NCBI GenBank assembly: GCA_002269645.1
Contig: NIVC01001018.1
Location: forward strand, 198,648 to 262,647
Origin: Macrostomum lignano
Taxonomy: Eukaryota
DNA length: 64,000 bases
Reading direction: 5' to 3'
Shown one piece after another: positions 13,101 to 22,565 of the stretch. The position numbers and the translations under genes were made by a program. The notes under the pieces were generated by a model. That model did not search any database. It saw only the letters and a program-made list of their open reading frames with translations, and was not told the origin of the DNA. Each line of letters starts with the position of its first letter. The stretch's first letter is position 1.

Positions 13101-13818
13101 TCCGTCTCCACGTAACACGAGTTGCGCTACGCGCGGCCATTAGGTTGAAGGAGATGAACTTGTGATCCGAGAGTGAGGACACTGGAAGCACCCGCCACGC
13201 TCCAATACTCTGGTAGAGTCTGGGCGTTGCGAGCGTAGCGTCGATCACCTCCGACCACCGTCCGTTGTCAAAGGTAGGGGTGGACCCAGAGTTGCAGAAC
13301 TCGAGGGTCGTAGAGGCAACGTAGGCTAGGAGGTCTTCGCCTCTCTGATTAATGCCAGTGCTGCCCCAGTGAGTGTGGTGGGCGTTGATGTCGCCGGCAA
13401 CCATGAGCTCGTAGTTTTTGGCAGAGCAGAGCTCTACCAGCGTAGCGAGGGCTCTGGGGACGACCGCAGCATCGCCTGGTAGGTAAACCGAGGCAATGAG
13501 GGTGGTCTTCCCAGGAAGAAGGTCCTCGGATTGGATGACGCAGATGTCCCTGTTGGACAGGTCCGATCTGAGCCACGCACTGAGCGTTTTGCTCGCAAAG
13601 ATGCAAGCTCTGGGAGGCTGGTTGGCCTCGCGAGGGTAAGTATAAAAACAATTGTAGCCAGCAGGGGCGTTTTGAGGCTTACCTCTGAGAGTCCAGGGTT
13701 CCTGGACGAGGATGAGCCCCGGCTTGTCGAGCTCGGCGTAACGCATAAGGTTGACCGAGGCTGCGACGCAGTGCTGCAGATTAATCTGCAGGCAATGGAT
13801 TCCTTGGTTGCTGATCAT
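10114..13818 (-). CDS. retrotransposon ORF2: APE endonuclease, reverse transcriptase, RNase H, C-terminal CCHC (1234 aa from ATG 13818)
   Basis: EN: QINLQH, LVQEP, GDINAHH, SDH. RT: GPDGI, FRPISLTS, FLDIIGAFD, PQGGVLSP, YADD. RNase H: YTDGS, SDSQAAL, WIPGHAG..GNELAD. CPFC..EDAQHFVCHC. Uninterrupted frame. Confidence 0.96.
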   Translation of the reverse strand: MISNQGIHCLQINLQHCVAASVNLMRYAELDKPGLILVQEPWTLRGKPQNAPAGYNCFYTYPREANQPPRACIFASKTLSAWLRSDLSNRDICVIQSEDLLPGKTTLIASVYLPGDAAVVPRALATLVELCSAKNYELMVAGDINAHHTHWGSTGINQRGEDLLAYVASTTLEFCNSGSTPTFDNGRWSEVIDATLATPRLYQSIGAWRVLPVSSLSDHKFISFNLMAARSATRVTWRRNARNTDWETFGLALKEFHRSPGQPSTITSCREADECATVLTETLTAAFEASCPLKAYKGKKSAPWWNPELGNLRRRAKRLHRRATKTKSPADQTAYHEAIHEFKRKVRNAKAQKWRQYCEELEGSRPTSRVVKALTLDKMSKLSSVKRTDGTSTDNPGETLDVMLTAFFPNEPANQTTPDHSEGGHALAASIITEDRIVRAANSFKPFKAPGPDGIVPALLREAVKCPGFLRKLCSLLRACITLGYVPQAWTEAKVIFIPKPGRSDYHSIKSFRPISLTSSLVKLMERLVLWRLLSVELKNKPLSENQHAFRAGRSTESALHVLVDKLEKAVLGNGFALGIFLDIIGAFDNVLFEAFRRALCERLTHSHLTRWIMYMISHRTATASLLGYQRTVPVCKGSPQGGVLSPVLWNMVIDELLRVVRPDPILKVGYADDVTAVASGPSPDTLRDLLQNFIYAAEQWADRCGLRLSETKTAAIMFTSRTKWQIRPLTLYGREIPFCKQTKCLGITLDHRLNWSPHVQTKAKKAFAVLAQLRRAVGTTWGLTPKRLWWIYTAMVRPAISYGGLIWASALQIKTCLEALRRAQGRACRTIMSAPPSAPFDGLNAFLNIPPLDIFVRREAAKTARRLADAGIRIQPHRAMAKRKLLPHADLCLKDLRDSGGLHVLSDGEPRTLNLFQRYKVTIPSRDAANDHWNFQEVHCYTDGSIKDGRAGFGVCIIINGRVIATHAQHTGRLSTVFQNEVLAISSCAAELNAKVTRGKTIVIHSDSQAALQALCHTTTISRTVADCARQLNLLARSNTVRLKWIPGHAGFPGNELADTLANRGGSGSFFGPAPLVPMPLTVINRQIDDWADSLHRDRWAGTQNCRQSRAAVPCPSHRLRNILLNQNRKDIRALVMTLTGHGYLARHCFLRGDLESEICPFCECDNEDAQHFVCHCPFFNRDRLRYLGPNPSIDEVCQPDSIPRLIQFLRATRRASFFPTEDHAAGRTGGPP

Positions 13819-13820
13819 TA

Positions 13821-15286
13821 TCACGCAGTTGGGGAATCGTTGAGCAGGTCATCCTCCTCCTTTTCAGTGGTGGGTGACCCGCAGACCTCCATGGGAGTTT
13901 CAGCGTCCTCAGCAGTTAGGGTGGCTGTGGAGTCCTCCGCGGACGTGAGCCCAGCGTGGACGTTACCGTCGCCTCCCCTGCGTGCTTCGGTGCTGTCACT
14001 GCCCGTCCCCTCTGCCTCGTCGGTCAGGTCGATGCGGGTGGCGCCAGCCTCCTGGTGAGTCACAGACTCGAACCAGTCGGTCGGAGCCTCCCCGCTTAGA
14101 GTCTGGCCTTCTGGCTGTTGGGGTGGAGCGCGAGAAGCGCGGGCCCGCTCACGATGCGCACGAAGGTTCTTGGCCTGGTCCAGCGCGCGCTGGATCAGGC
14201 CGGACCTCCGGGTGCTCCTGGCGGGTCTGCGATTGCGATTTCCGGTTTCAGCAGCGCGAACTGCCTTACCGGGCATAGGATCGGCCGTTTGCCTCGGCTT
14301 CTTTGCCGGAGGAGCCTGGGCCCCAGTTCCGGTTTCGGAAGCTTTGGCATTCTTGGCTTCATCAGCTTTCCGCTCCTCGCAACGGAGGATGGTCAGCTGA
14401 GTCAGACCAATATGAATTGTGGACTTAGGCGGCAAGCGCTTAGCCCAGTCATCAGAGAGCCCTAGGATCACCGTAGCCCCCTTCTCCTTGCGGGAAGTGG
14501 CGTGGTGTAGGAGCCCGTTGACCTCAAGGTCGGGGTGCAGCTTTAGCAATATTTGCCTAAGCTGATCTCCGGACTTAATGGCACTGCCGGCCGGGATCCA
14601 GACGCGAAAGCGCTGGGTCTTCTGTCGTTCGCCTTCGCTGGCGAAGACGAGCTTGCCGAGCTTCTTGGGCCAGTTCAGCTTTGGCAGAAGCTCGCGTAGA
14701 TTGCGGCTGCTCTCCTCCGAGCTGCACCAGATGAAGATGCAGCCGTCGGTCTTGGCAGACTTGACCACGCTCACAGGGCGGCCCGCCAGGAGCTGGTCGA
14801 TGAGCGCAGCATCGATGGTGCGCCAGGCACTGTCGAGCTCGTCGGCCGTGAGGTCCTGCTCTTCCCCGAAGACGATGACCGCCGGTTGGAGCTTGACCTT
14901 TGAGGCGTAGTTGGTGGCGGCGGTTCCCGAAGGCCCGGCCGCGCTTGTAGCAGATATACTGGGTGGCTCACCAGCGGGGGTTGTATCCTGGGGGGCAGGG
15001 GTTGCTGTGGTTCCTTTCGGCCAACAGCAGCCTCGCCCTCCCTAGGTTCCCCCTCCGCCGGTGGCCGGCCCGCAGTACCCCGTAGTCGCCGTCGCCGCTC
15101 GTTGCGGCGTTCGTTGCGGGTGCGTCGGGCTTCAGCGGAGGGCCCGGTTGCGCGTGCGGGCATGTCACCGGCCGAGCCGGCGGCAAGCCCATCTGCCCTC
15201 GGTGGGGCGGCGCTGGTGCCAGAGTCACCGGCCGGAGTTGCCGGGGCCCCGGCTTCAGCGGGGTTGAAAGAGGCGGATGACGCCAT
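13821..15286 (-). CDS. retrotransposon ORF1 (about 488 aa) split by one frameshift near 14990
   Basis: ATG 15286 frame (MASSASFNP...) joins the frame ending at 13821 (...NYASKVKLQPAVIVFGEE...SVVKSAK...DSPTA*) if one base is added, e.g. to the C6 run near 14990-14995. Confidence 0.7.
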
Positions 15287-15511
15287 AGCTGAAAGCGGGA
15301 AGGAGTGAGCAGAGTCACAAAAAAAGAGGAAAGAAGAAAAAGAAAAGGACCGCTAGCGACCGGACAACCCCCCGGCCTTCCAGCCCATCGGCACGGTCAA
15401 ACACCTTAGGCATTAGGGGGTACGTTAAGCAGTACCACGGCCTGCAGGCTGGCAGGCCAGACCCGCATACCCAAATTTGGCCGAAGCCACTGGATGGGTC
15501 GCCAGCGTCGG

Positions 15512-15756
15512 AGCCCAGTCTGTCCAGCAGCCCTAGGGTCTGCCTTGAACACACGCGGGACGAGTACCCTGGGTCGACTTGTGAAACAGCGTGAGGGGGG
15601 GGGTCTGCGGCTGCCAGCGGCAAATAGCGGGTGCAGACCTCCCTCTCCAGCCTTGACCTGCTGAAGATAGGGGCAGGCGTGAAGCATCGCAGACCGTAGC
15701 CCATAGGCCTGGTCTGTCTCATACTTCACTGGCGTGCTGAATACACCTTCGCGTGC
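15512..15756 (-). ncRNA. HDV-like self-cleaving ribozyme candidate at the retrotransposon 5' end
   Basis: P1 GCACGCG (15756-15750) pairs with CGCGTGT (15557-15551), including G1-U wobble; L3 TACTCGT; P1.1 AC/GT; P4 hairpin; J4/2 CAGA with putative catalytic C at 15522; P2 CCCAG/CTGGG. Confidence 0.7.
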
Positions 15757-18422
15757 CTACCGGGTGCATACTTTGGGCTATCCATCTGGGGCACAGAAAG
15801 ATGTGCGAGGCAGGTAAAGCCATATTATTATACTAGTTTTTCAGCGATAATGAGCCAAGTAAAGGCTTTGTGTACTGATTTTACTAGTAGATACTAGTAA
15901 ATTATCTCCGCGTGTATGTTGTGAGCTGCGCCGATCACGGGCCCCTTGACCCGGCACTCTCCGCCTATCCTCTCCCTGCCGCTGGTTCATTCTGGTCGGC
16001 CTCCGTCTTAAGCTGCCATTCTTTATCTTATTTTTCTCGCTTTCATTTTCGCGTCTTGGCGTCAAGCTCTCAAGATCTCTCTCGTTTGGCCTAGCCCAAA
16101 GTCTCAGAGCGGAGGCCGCGGTTAGAATTAAGCCTCCCCCCCTTCTTTCTCTCTCGCCCTTCAGCTCTGAGTTTTGCCCCTAACCCCCAGCTAAGGTTGC
16201 ACTTAATATAATAGTCCTGCGTACTATACTTTATGTTGTACAGTGTGTTGTAGTCTTCTTGGTTATACAAGTATATACATGTACATGTATGCATGGAAAT
16301 TTGTGTAGTTGGCTGATAAATCTCGTTTTATGCATGTTTCTCTTGTGCATGTTGCATCCAAATTTATTTCATCACCCTTCTGTGCTCTTTATTTTCTCTT
16401 TCCTTATTAATAATTGCTTCTATCAATTGCTTTTCAATCATAAAATCGTGTATACACTGGTGGAACTCGTGAAAAGGGGATTTAATTGTGGTCGCAATTT
16501 TGCTGCAAAATTCATACTATACATATGCCGGACAATTAATTACCTCAAATTGCTATGCAATTTAAGGATTATTATAGAACACATTTTTGGTTGACCTGAT
16601 GATGAGGTAGATTCAATTAAAGACAGTTTTTTAATAGAGCCTGTAAAGTTAAAAATCATGCAATGATAGCAGCTGAACCAAATTAAGCTAGCTCTATCAT
16701 TTTCTGCAATAAATTTCCCATTTCCTTTTGATAAAAGATCCTCGCTCTATATTTATGCGATTCTTTTATGGTAAATAGAGTTTTACTGGGTTTATGCACA
16801 TGCCCTACATGATTTTGAACCATATGCAAAAAGTTGATCGATAGTACTGTATGGTGAGGAGAGCTTCGAAAAAGTTGCTTCATCGGATATTAGCAATGCA
16901 ACTATGCAAAGTGTGTCTAAATGACATGTATATGACCAGCCTTCACTGGTAAAAATACCCGTACTTTTAACTAATGGTTCTTTAAATTAAGATGAAAACG
17001 AACTGCAGGTAATACACTGTAATTGGAGGTTCAACGCTTTTATAATATACATCTTTGAATTGCCGCGCGCGGTATACATAACTATAATTGTGGGCTGCAG
17101 TCTACTCTCCAGAATGGACGGTAGCTAAGTAAATATAAAACAACGCCTGATCCCATCATATATTCCGATACGCTGCAACCAGCTCAGGAAAAATTCAAAT
17201 CCCAACTTTAGCCCTATAGCTTTACATGCTTATGGCAGTACGCGCACAATTTATGTCAACAAAGTCAAGTTTGCATTAGATAATTCTCAACCAGCTAGTG
17301 TAAATAGCAGAGCTTGTAGCAGTGCCGTTTTGGAAGTACGAAGTTAATCTACATGTATAAGTTTAGGAACTGACATTATTCACCATGGCTATAATGTGTA
17401 TTTGAAACCTTGGCAACATGCAAAATTTAGTGCAAAAATAAAATTCTCATCGATGACTCAATTTTCGACAACAACTGATTGCTATGAGATAGAGTGAAAT
17501 TTATTGTCGAATATATATATAATATCAATCTTCTAAAAGTCCTAAAACAAAAAGCTTTATACGTCCAACAATAGGGTGAAACAGACACAACCCATTCTTT
17601 GGCTGATTGGCCAAACAGAGCGATACTAAAGTTTAAATTATAAACTACTAAAGGTGAATTTAGAAAAGGGAACAGATCGATAAAACAGCATATTGTTGTT
17701 TGCCGATGCTTTTGGCTCATTTTTTATGTCTAATATTATAAGCAGATTTAGTGGCACCTGTACAGAGTGGCATCATATGTTAAGGATTTTCTGTTGCCTC
17801 TAGAAGGGGCAATTCACCTGCACAGCATAAAGTAGAAGGGCACTAACACTTGCAAATCGTTGCTTCTAATTGTTTCTAAATAGAATGTCCCGCTGTTCGA
17901 GTATACAATAAGTATAAAATAATTCACATTCTATGGTTAGAAGGTCCGAGGCTGTACTTAATAGTCTAGAGGCAAGCGAAGCAAGGACTTATAGATTATG
18001 ACCATAGAGTATGACCATAAACTTTTTAACAATACGAGTATATGACCATAGACTATGACCATAGACTATTTAACCTTAGAGTAATTTAACAAAAATGTAA
18101 ACGTTTATATAACTTTAACTATAATTTTACCATAGACAATAGACAAATATTAGCTTGAAAAATACGTGAACCAAACCTTGGACAAAACCCACGGCTTCTA
18201 TTTGCTTCATTTAAAATTCGAAATTTATGAAAGCGAGATACTGTTTCTTTCTCGCTAATGCATTTTGAAGCAAAAACCGGTCAATATCTACAGGGAACTT
18301 GTTTTCATGATTTGCAATTGTATCGTCCTACTTTGATAGCTCGTAGTTATCCATAAATGAAGATTTCGCACAATAGGAGTTCCCAGGGGCACCACCTGGA
18401 GCTTGAAACTCAATCGAAACCT

Positions 18423-19472
18423 TTAGTTGGTTCTCGTCCGGCCCTTGTGAGGCACCTGATCTTCCTCCTGATGCCGTCGTTGGTGATGTTGCCTTCGCTG
18501 TTGCTGCTGCTTCCGCTGCCGATGCTCCTCGACGGAATCTTCGTCAACATCGCTGCCGCCGTCGCATTCGATGCCATCCTCGTCGCTGTCCTCTTCGCCA
18601 GGTTGATGAGCAGCCGCCGGCTTCGCCCGGCCTAGCGGTGGCAGCCGACGCGGCACGATGAAACCTTCGTGCGACTTCGACAGTCCCGTGGTTGGATGAT
18701 GCGGCTGCTGCTGCTGCTGCTGCCTTTGCCTGTCTGTGTCCGTAACTTCCACCCGAACTGAGTCCGTTTTGTACTTTTGCAACAGCCGCGTTGAGACGTC
18801 CTCCGGACCGCGAGAGTGCGGCTGCCAGCCTGAAACGGCGTCGCTTTGAACCGACGACGAGTGATTGCTGCCGCCCTCTCTGGCGTGCTGGAAGTCGTCC
18901 TCCGTGAACATCAGGCCGCCGCCGCCGCCGCCGCTGCTACTGCTGGGATGCCGGTCTCGTCGTTGATACGAATGCGGCACGGCACTGGCACCGGCCGCGC
19001 CCCTCGGCGAGATGGCTGCCAGATGGTGCTGATCGTCGTGTCCGCCTGAGGCGGCGTAGCGCGGACTGCCGCCACCTGCTGGCGTCCTCGGCGTCCTCGG
19101 CGTCCTCGGACTCTCCGCCTGCGACGGGGCCCGGCGCCGGAGATCGACAGTTTCGTCCAGCTCGGCTGGCATCGCCGACGGCAGCTGCTGACCGTTGGCA
19201 GCGTCGCCGCCGCCCCAGGTGCTGCTCCGCGACTGTCGAACCCGGCCAGTGCGCTGGCGCGCGGGCTCGCGCGGCGACTCCTCGGACTGCTCGCGGAAGC
19301 CGTCGTAGACGCTGGTTGGCTGCTGCGAACGCCTGACTGGATGGTGCGGCAGCTGCTGCTGCTGCTGGAGCTGCGGCTGCGGCTGCTGAGTCTGATAGTG
19401 ATGTGGCTGGCCGCGTCTGTCGCCAAGAAGGCCGCTAGCGGAGATTGACAGCTTATCAAAATGCCGATCCAT
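18423..19472 (-). CDS. uncharacterised low-complexity Q/S/G-rich protein (349 aa ORF, possibly one exon)
   Basis: GC-rich ORF with composition like the other host exons; no domain recognised. Confidence 0.6.
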   Translation of the reverse strand: MDRHFDKLSISASGLLGDRRGQPHHYQTQQPQPQLQQQQQLPHHPVRRSQQPTSVYDGFREQSEESPREPARQRTGRVRQSRSSTWGGGDAANGQQLPSAMPAELDETVDLRRRAPSQAESPRTPRTPRTPAGGGSPRYAASGGHDDQHHLAAISPRGAAGASAVPHSYQRRDRHPSSSSGGGGGGLMFTEDDFQHAREGGSNHSSSVQSDAVSGWQPHSRGPEDVSTRLLQKYKTDSVRVEVTDTDRQRQQQQQQPHHPTTGLSKSHEGFIVPRRLPPLGRAKPAAAHQPGEEDSDEDGIECDGGSDVDEDSVEEHRQRKQQQQRRQHHQRRHQEEDQVPHKGRTRTN

Positions 19473-21724
19473 TTTTAAGCGTTCTCTGGTCAGCTTTGGG
19501 AATCCACTGTATACTGACTGAACTCACTGTGCTTAAAAGTGACTACAAATTGACGTCGTTGAATCTGAAAACATTGGCTTCGCTGAAGAGGCCGCTTGAC
19601 CAGAAAATGGTTTGCTCCAAATTTTATTGTTCTTGCAAGCCAATGCCGAAGCTGCTTTTGCTGCTTGCTGGCTGCCCAGCGAGTCCGCATCAAACTCAGG
19701 CTCCCCCTGTCACACCAGCTGGGCCCGGCCAAACACGCTCTAGAAATTCCCTTCCCCCCCCGCTTCCTCTCCTCTCCATTTCTCCCTCGCCCACTTCGCT
19801 CCCCTCGCACTGTATGCCTTCCCGCCCAGCTGTACCACCAACTGATTGTACAGCCACCTGCTATTCAGGGGAGAATCAAACTCATGAGAGATGGCGAAAT
19901 GGCGGTATAAAGCCCATGCAAGCCTATTCTTAACCATCACACTTGCGTCCTTTTGTACTTCTCAGCCCTCTCCCTCTCTCTCTGGTCTTTCTGAGATCCC
20001 CCATCTCATTGGCTCATGTAATGACAGTGGGAAAAACAGTGCAATTCATTCTCTATTTTATGCAAGCACGGGAGCTGGGAGTCCAGTGTTTCACAGGCAG
20101 CTTATGTAGGTGAATTCTAGTAGGGATAGGGAAGCAAGTATTGGAAAAGAGGGGTGAGTAGAGGAACTTACTAGTCAACGTACAGCCTTCTCCCCCTACT
20201 CTTTACTCTTAGTTTCCTAGACAACAGAGACAAATATTTTATAACAGAGCTATAGGCCTTCTTTAGAAGCACATTAGCTCTCGCCTCTCGCTGTGTCTCT
20301 CAGGTAGTAACAATGCAGTTTTAGCTTAAAATTTTTAGTACCATGATAGTTTTACTTCTTTATTATAGTTTCTGTATAAAGTCTGGTGTTTGCCTATACT
20401 AGTAATAAGTAGTAAGATTTTTTTTGTAGTTTTTACTGAATTGTGAAACTTAAATCTTATAACTTGAATTATCATAACTCGTAAATTCGTAAATGGCAGT
20501 TTTTTTCAGGCTGTTCTCACCGTGGATGGAGAATAAGTGGTCAGAAATCTTGGCTCCACTCCATCCTACTGACCAAAGGACAAAAACTTGACTTCGCTGA
20601 CTTTCGAGGCTCTGAAGAGAACCCAATTTGGCAAAGAGATTTCAAGTTGAAAGCAAGCGCTTGGTAAGAATTATCTGCACTCGCGCAAAAGCTCAGATTA
20701 GCTTAATGAGCATTTCTGCTTTTTTCCATAGACACTACCACGTCTTTCTGAGACGTTAGTAGCACGAATTCAAAATGAAAATATCCAAAAACGAAGATGA
20801 AAAATTATTTTCAGTGATATGTGAGGTTGTGTAACAGTACCCCTGACCTTTGCGCACGTTTCTTGCTGCAGCTCCTGAATAAAAACAGATATCAACATGC
20901 TTTTAACTTCATTTTCTTCGTGACAAAACTTCCTTTCATTTGACACCAAGGGCGTGAAACATCATGGCTCCGTTGAAGAGCTACGTTAGACATTCCGGGA
21001 ACTTTTGGGACACCCCTCGTATATTGGATATTAACAAAATAAAATCCCGGAGAACGTAAATAATACCCCTGTTTAATTCCTTTCTTTGTTGTCTCCCCAA
21101 CGGGGGCTGATTGTTAGTTAGCTTTCTAAAAATAAATCCGTATTTCTAATTTAAAGTAGAATAAATCTACTATATCAGATACTAGACTACTTGTATTGTA
21201 AGTAGTACCGTCTGCGAATTTTTTATATGTAAGCAAAAAGGCAGCGAAATCGCATGTAAATATTGCCTGCATTTATTGCTATTTTATTTCATAGGTTTCT
21301 GCGGAACTGTTTATTTAATTGTATAAAATTTGAATTAGCTATATAGTAAAAAAATCAGGTAAGAAATGAACAAAGATTGTTAAAAAAAGTATTTTCATTG
21401 AGTAGAATTGTTGAGTACGAGAAGTGCTTTCAACAGAAATCAGTTGTCATAAATATCTATTATATTTCGATATTTGCAGAAGGGAATGTTATGAGAGCTA
21501 TAACCGTGCTAATTAGCAATGTATTTTTATGTGCATATTATAGTAGTATCAAAACTTTTGCGTGTGTAACATTTAATGTCTTGTGTTGCTAAATAAATGT
21601 TTATACAAGATTCGAAGCAAAGTACGAGTTTATACACTGTAGACTTCTGCTGCCAAGCTGATTCACGGTTAAGGAGATTCTCAGATGCCTGCAATCGTGT
21701 TCAATCTGGCTGTGTAACACTGAG

Positions 21725-22370
21725 GGGAGGGTAGGGGTTGGGAGTGGGGCGGCTGGGAAACTGAGGTAAGGGTAGGGTGGGGAGAGTGAGGTGGCTGTGA
21801 AACTGATGAGGGTTGTTTAGGGGTTGGGGGAATGAGGTGGCTGGGAAGCTGAAGGGTTGTTTAGGGGTTGGGAGAGTGAGGTGGCTGTGAAACTGATGAG
21901 GGTTGTTTAGGGGTTGGGGGAATGAGGTGGCTGGGAAGCTGAGGGTTGTTTAGGGGTTGGGGGAGTGAGTTGGCTGGGAAGCTGAGGGTTGTTTAGGGGT
22001 TGGGGAGTGAGGTGGCTGGGAAGCTGAGGGTTGTTTAGGGGTTGGGGGAGTGAGGTGGCTGGGAAGCTGAGGGTTGTTTAGGGGTTGGGGGAGTGAGGTG
22101 GCTGGGAAGCTGAAGGGTTGTTTAGGGGTTGGGGAGTGAGGTGGCTGGGAAGCTGAGGGTTGTTTAGGGGTTGGGGAGTGAGGTGGCTGGGAAGCTGAGG
22201 GTTGTTTAGGGGTTGGGGAGTGAGGTGGCTGGGAAGCTGAGGGTTGTTTAGAGGTTGGGGGAGTGAGGTGGCTGTGAAGCTGAGGGTTGTTTAGAGGTTG
22301 GGGGAGTGAGGTGGCTGTGAAGCTGAGGGTTGTTTAGGGGTTGGGGGAGTGAGGTGGCTTGGAAGCTGAA
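21725..22370. repeat. 42-43-bp G-rich minisatellite
   Basis: About 14 units of gaggtggctgggaagctgagggttgtttaggggttgggggagt. Confidence 0.92.
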
Positions 22371-22565
22371 GGGAAGATATTGCATGAAGTGGTGCCATTA
22401 AAATTGGTGGCTGGGATTTCAAACAGAGTAAGGTAGGTGTTTGAAAAGAAAACGTAGCGTGTGCGATTGTCGATTGATAACTTTTAGTGTTTATTTTAGC
22501 AACTTCATTATCTGTGATCTAGAATAGACATCAATTCAAAATTTTCGTTGATGCGTCGGATAATC

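Larger units (their letters stand above)
10003..15756 (-). mobile_element. full-length non-LTR retrotransposon, I-group (R1/LOA/Tad1-like)
   Basis: 13-bp TSD ctaccgggtgcat at 9990-10002 and 15757-15769; two ORFs; short TAAGTCA-type 3' tail. Confidence 0.93.

Noticed and set aside
10071-14910. Short overlapping and antisense ORFs within the retrotransposon
   Set aside because: Shadow frames of GC-rich ORF1 and ORF2.
15770-16102. 11-bp inverted repeat actttgggcta/tagcccaaagt as MITE ends
   Set aside because: No TSD and no further pairing; probably chance.
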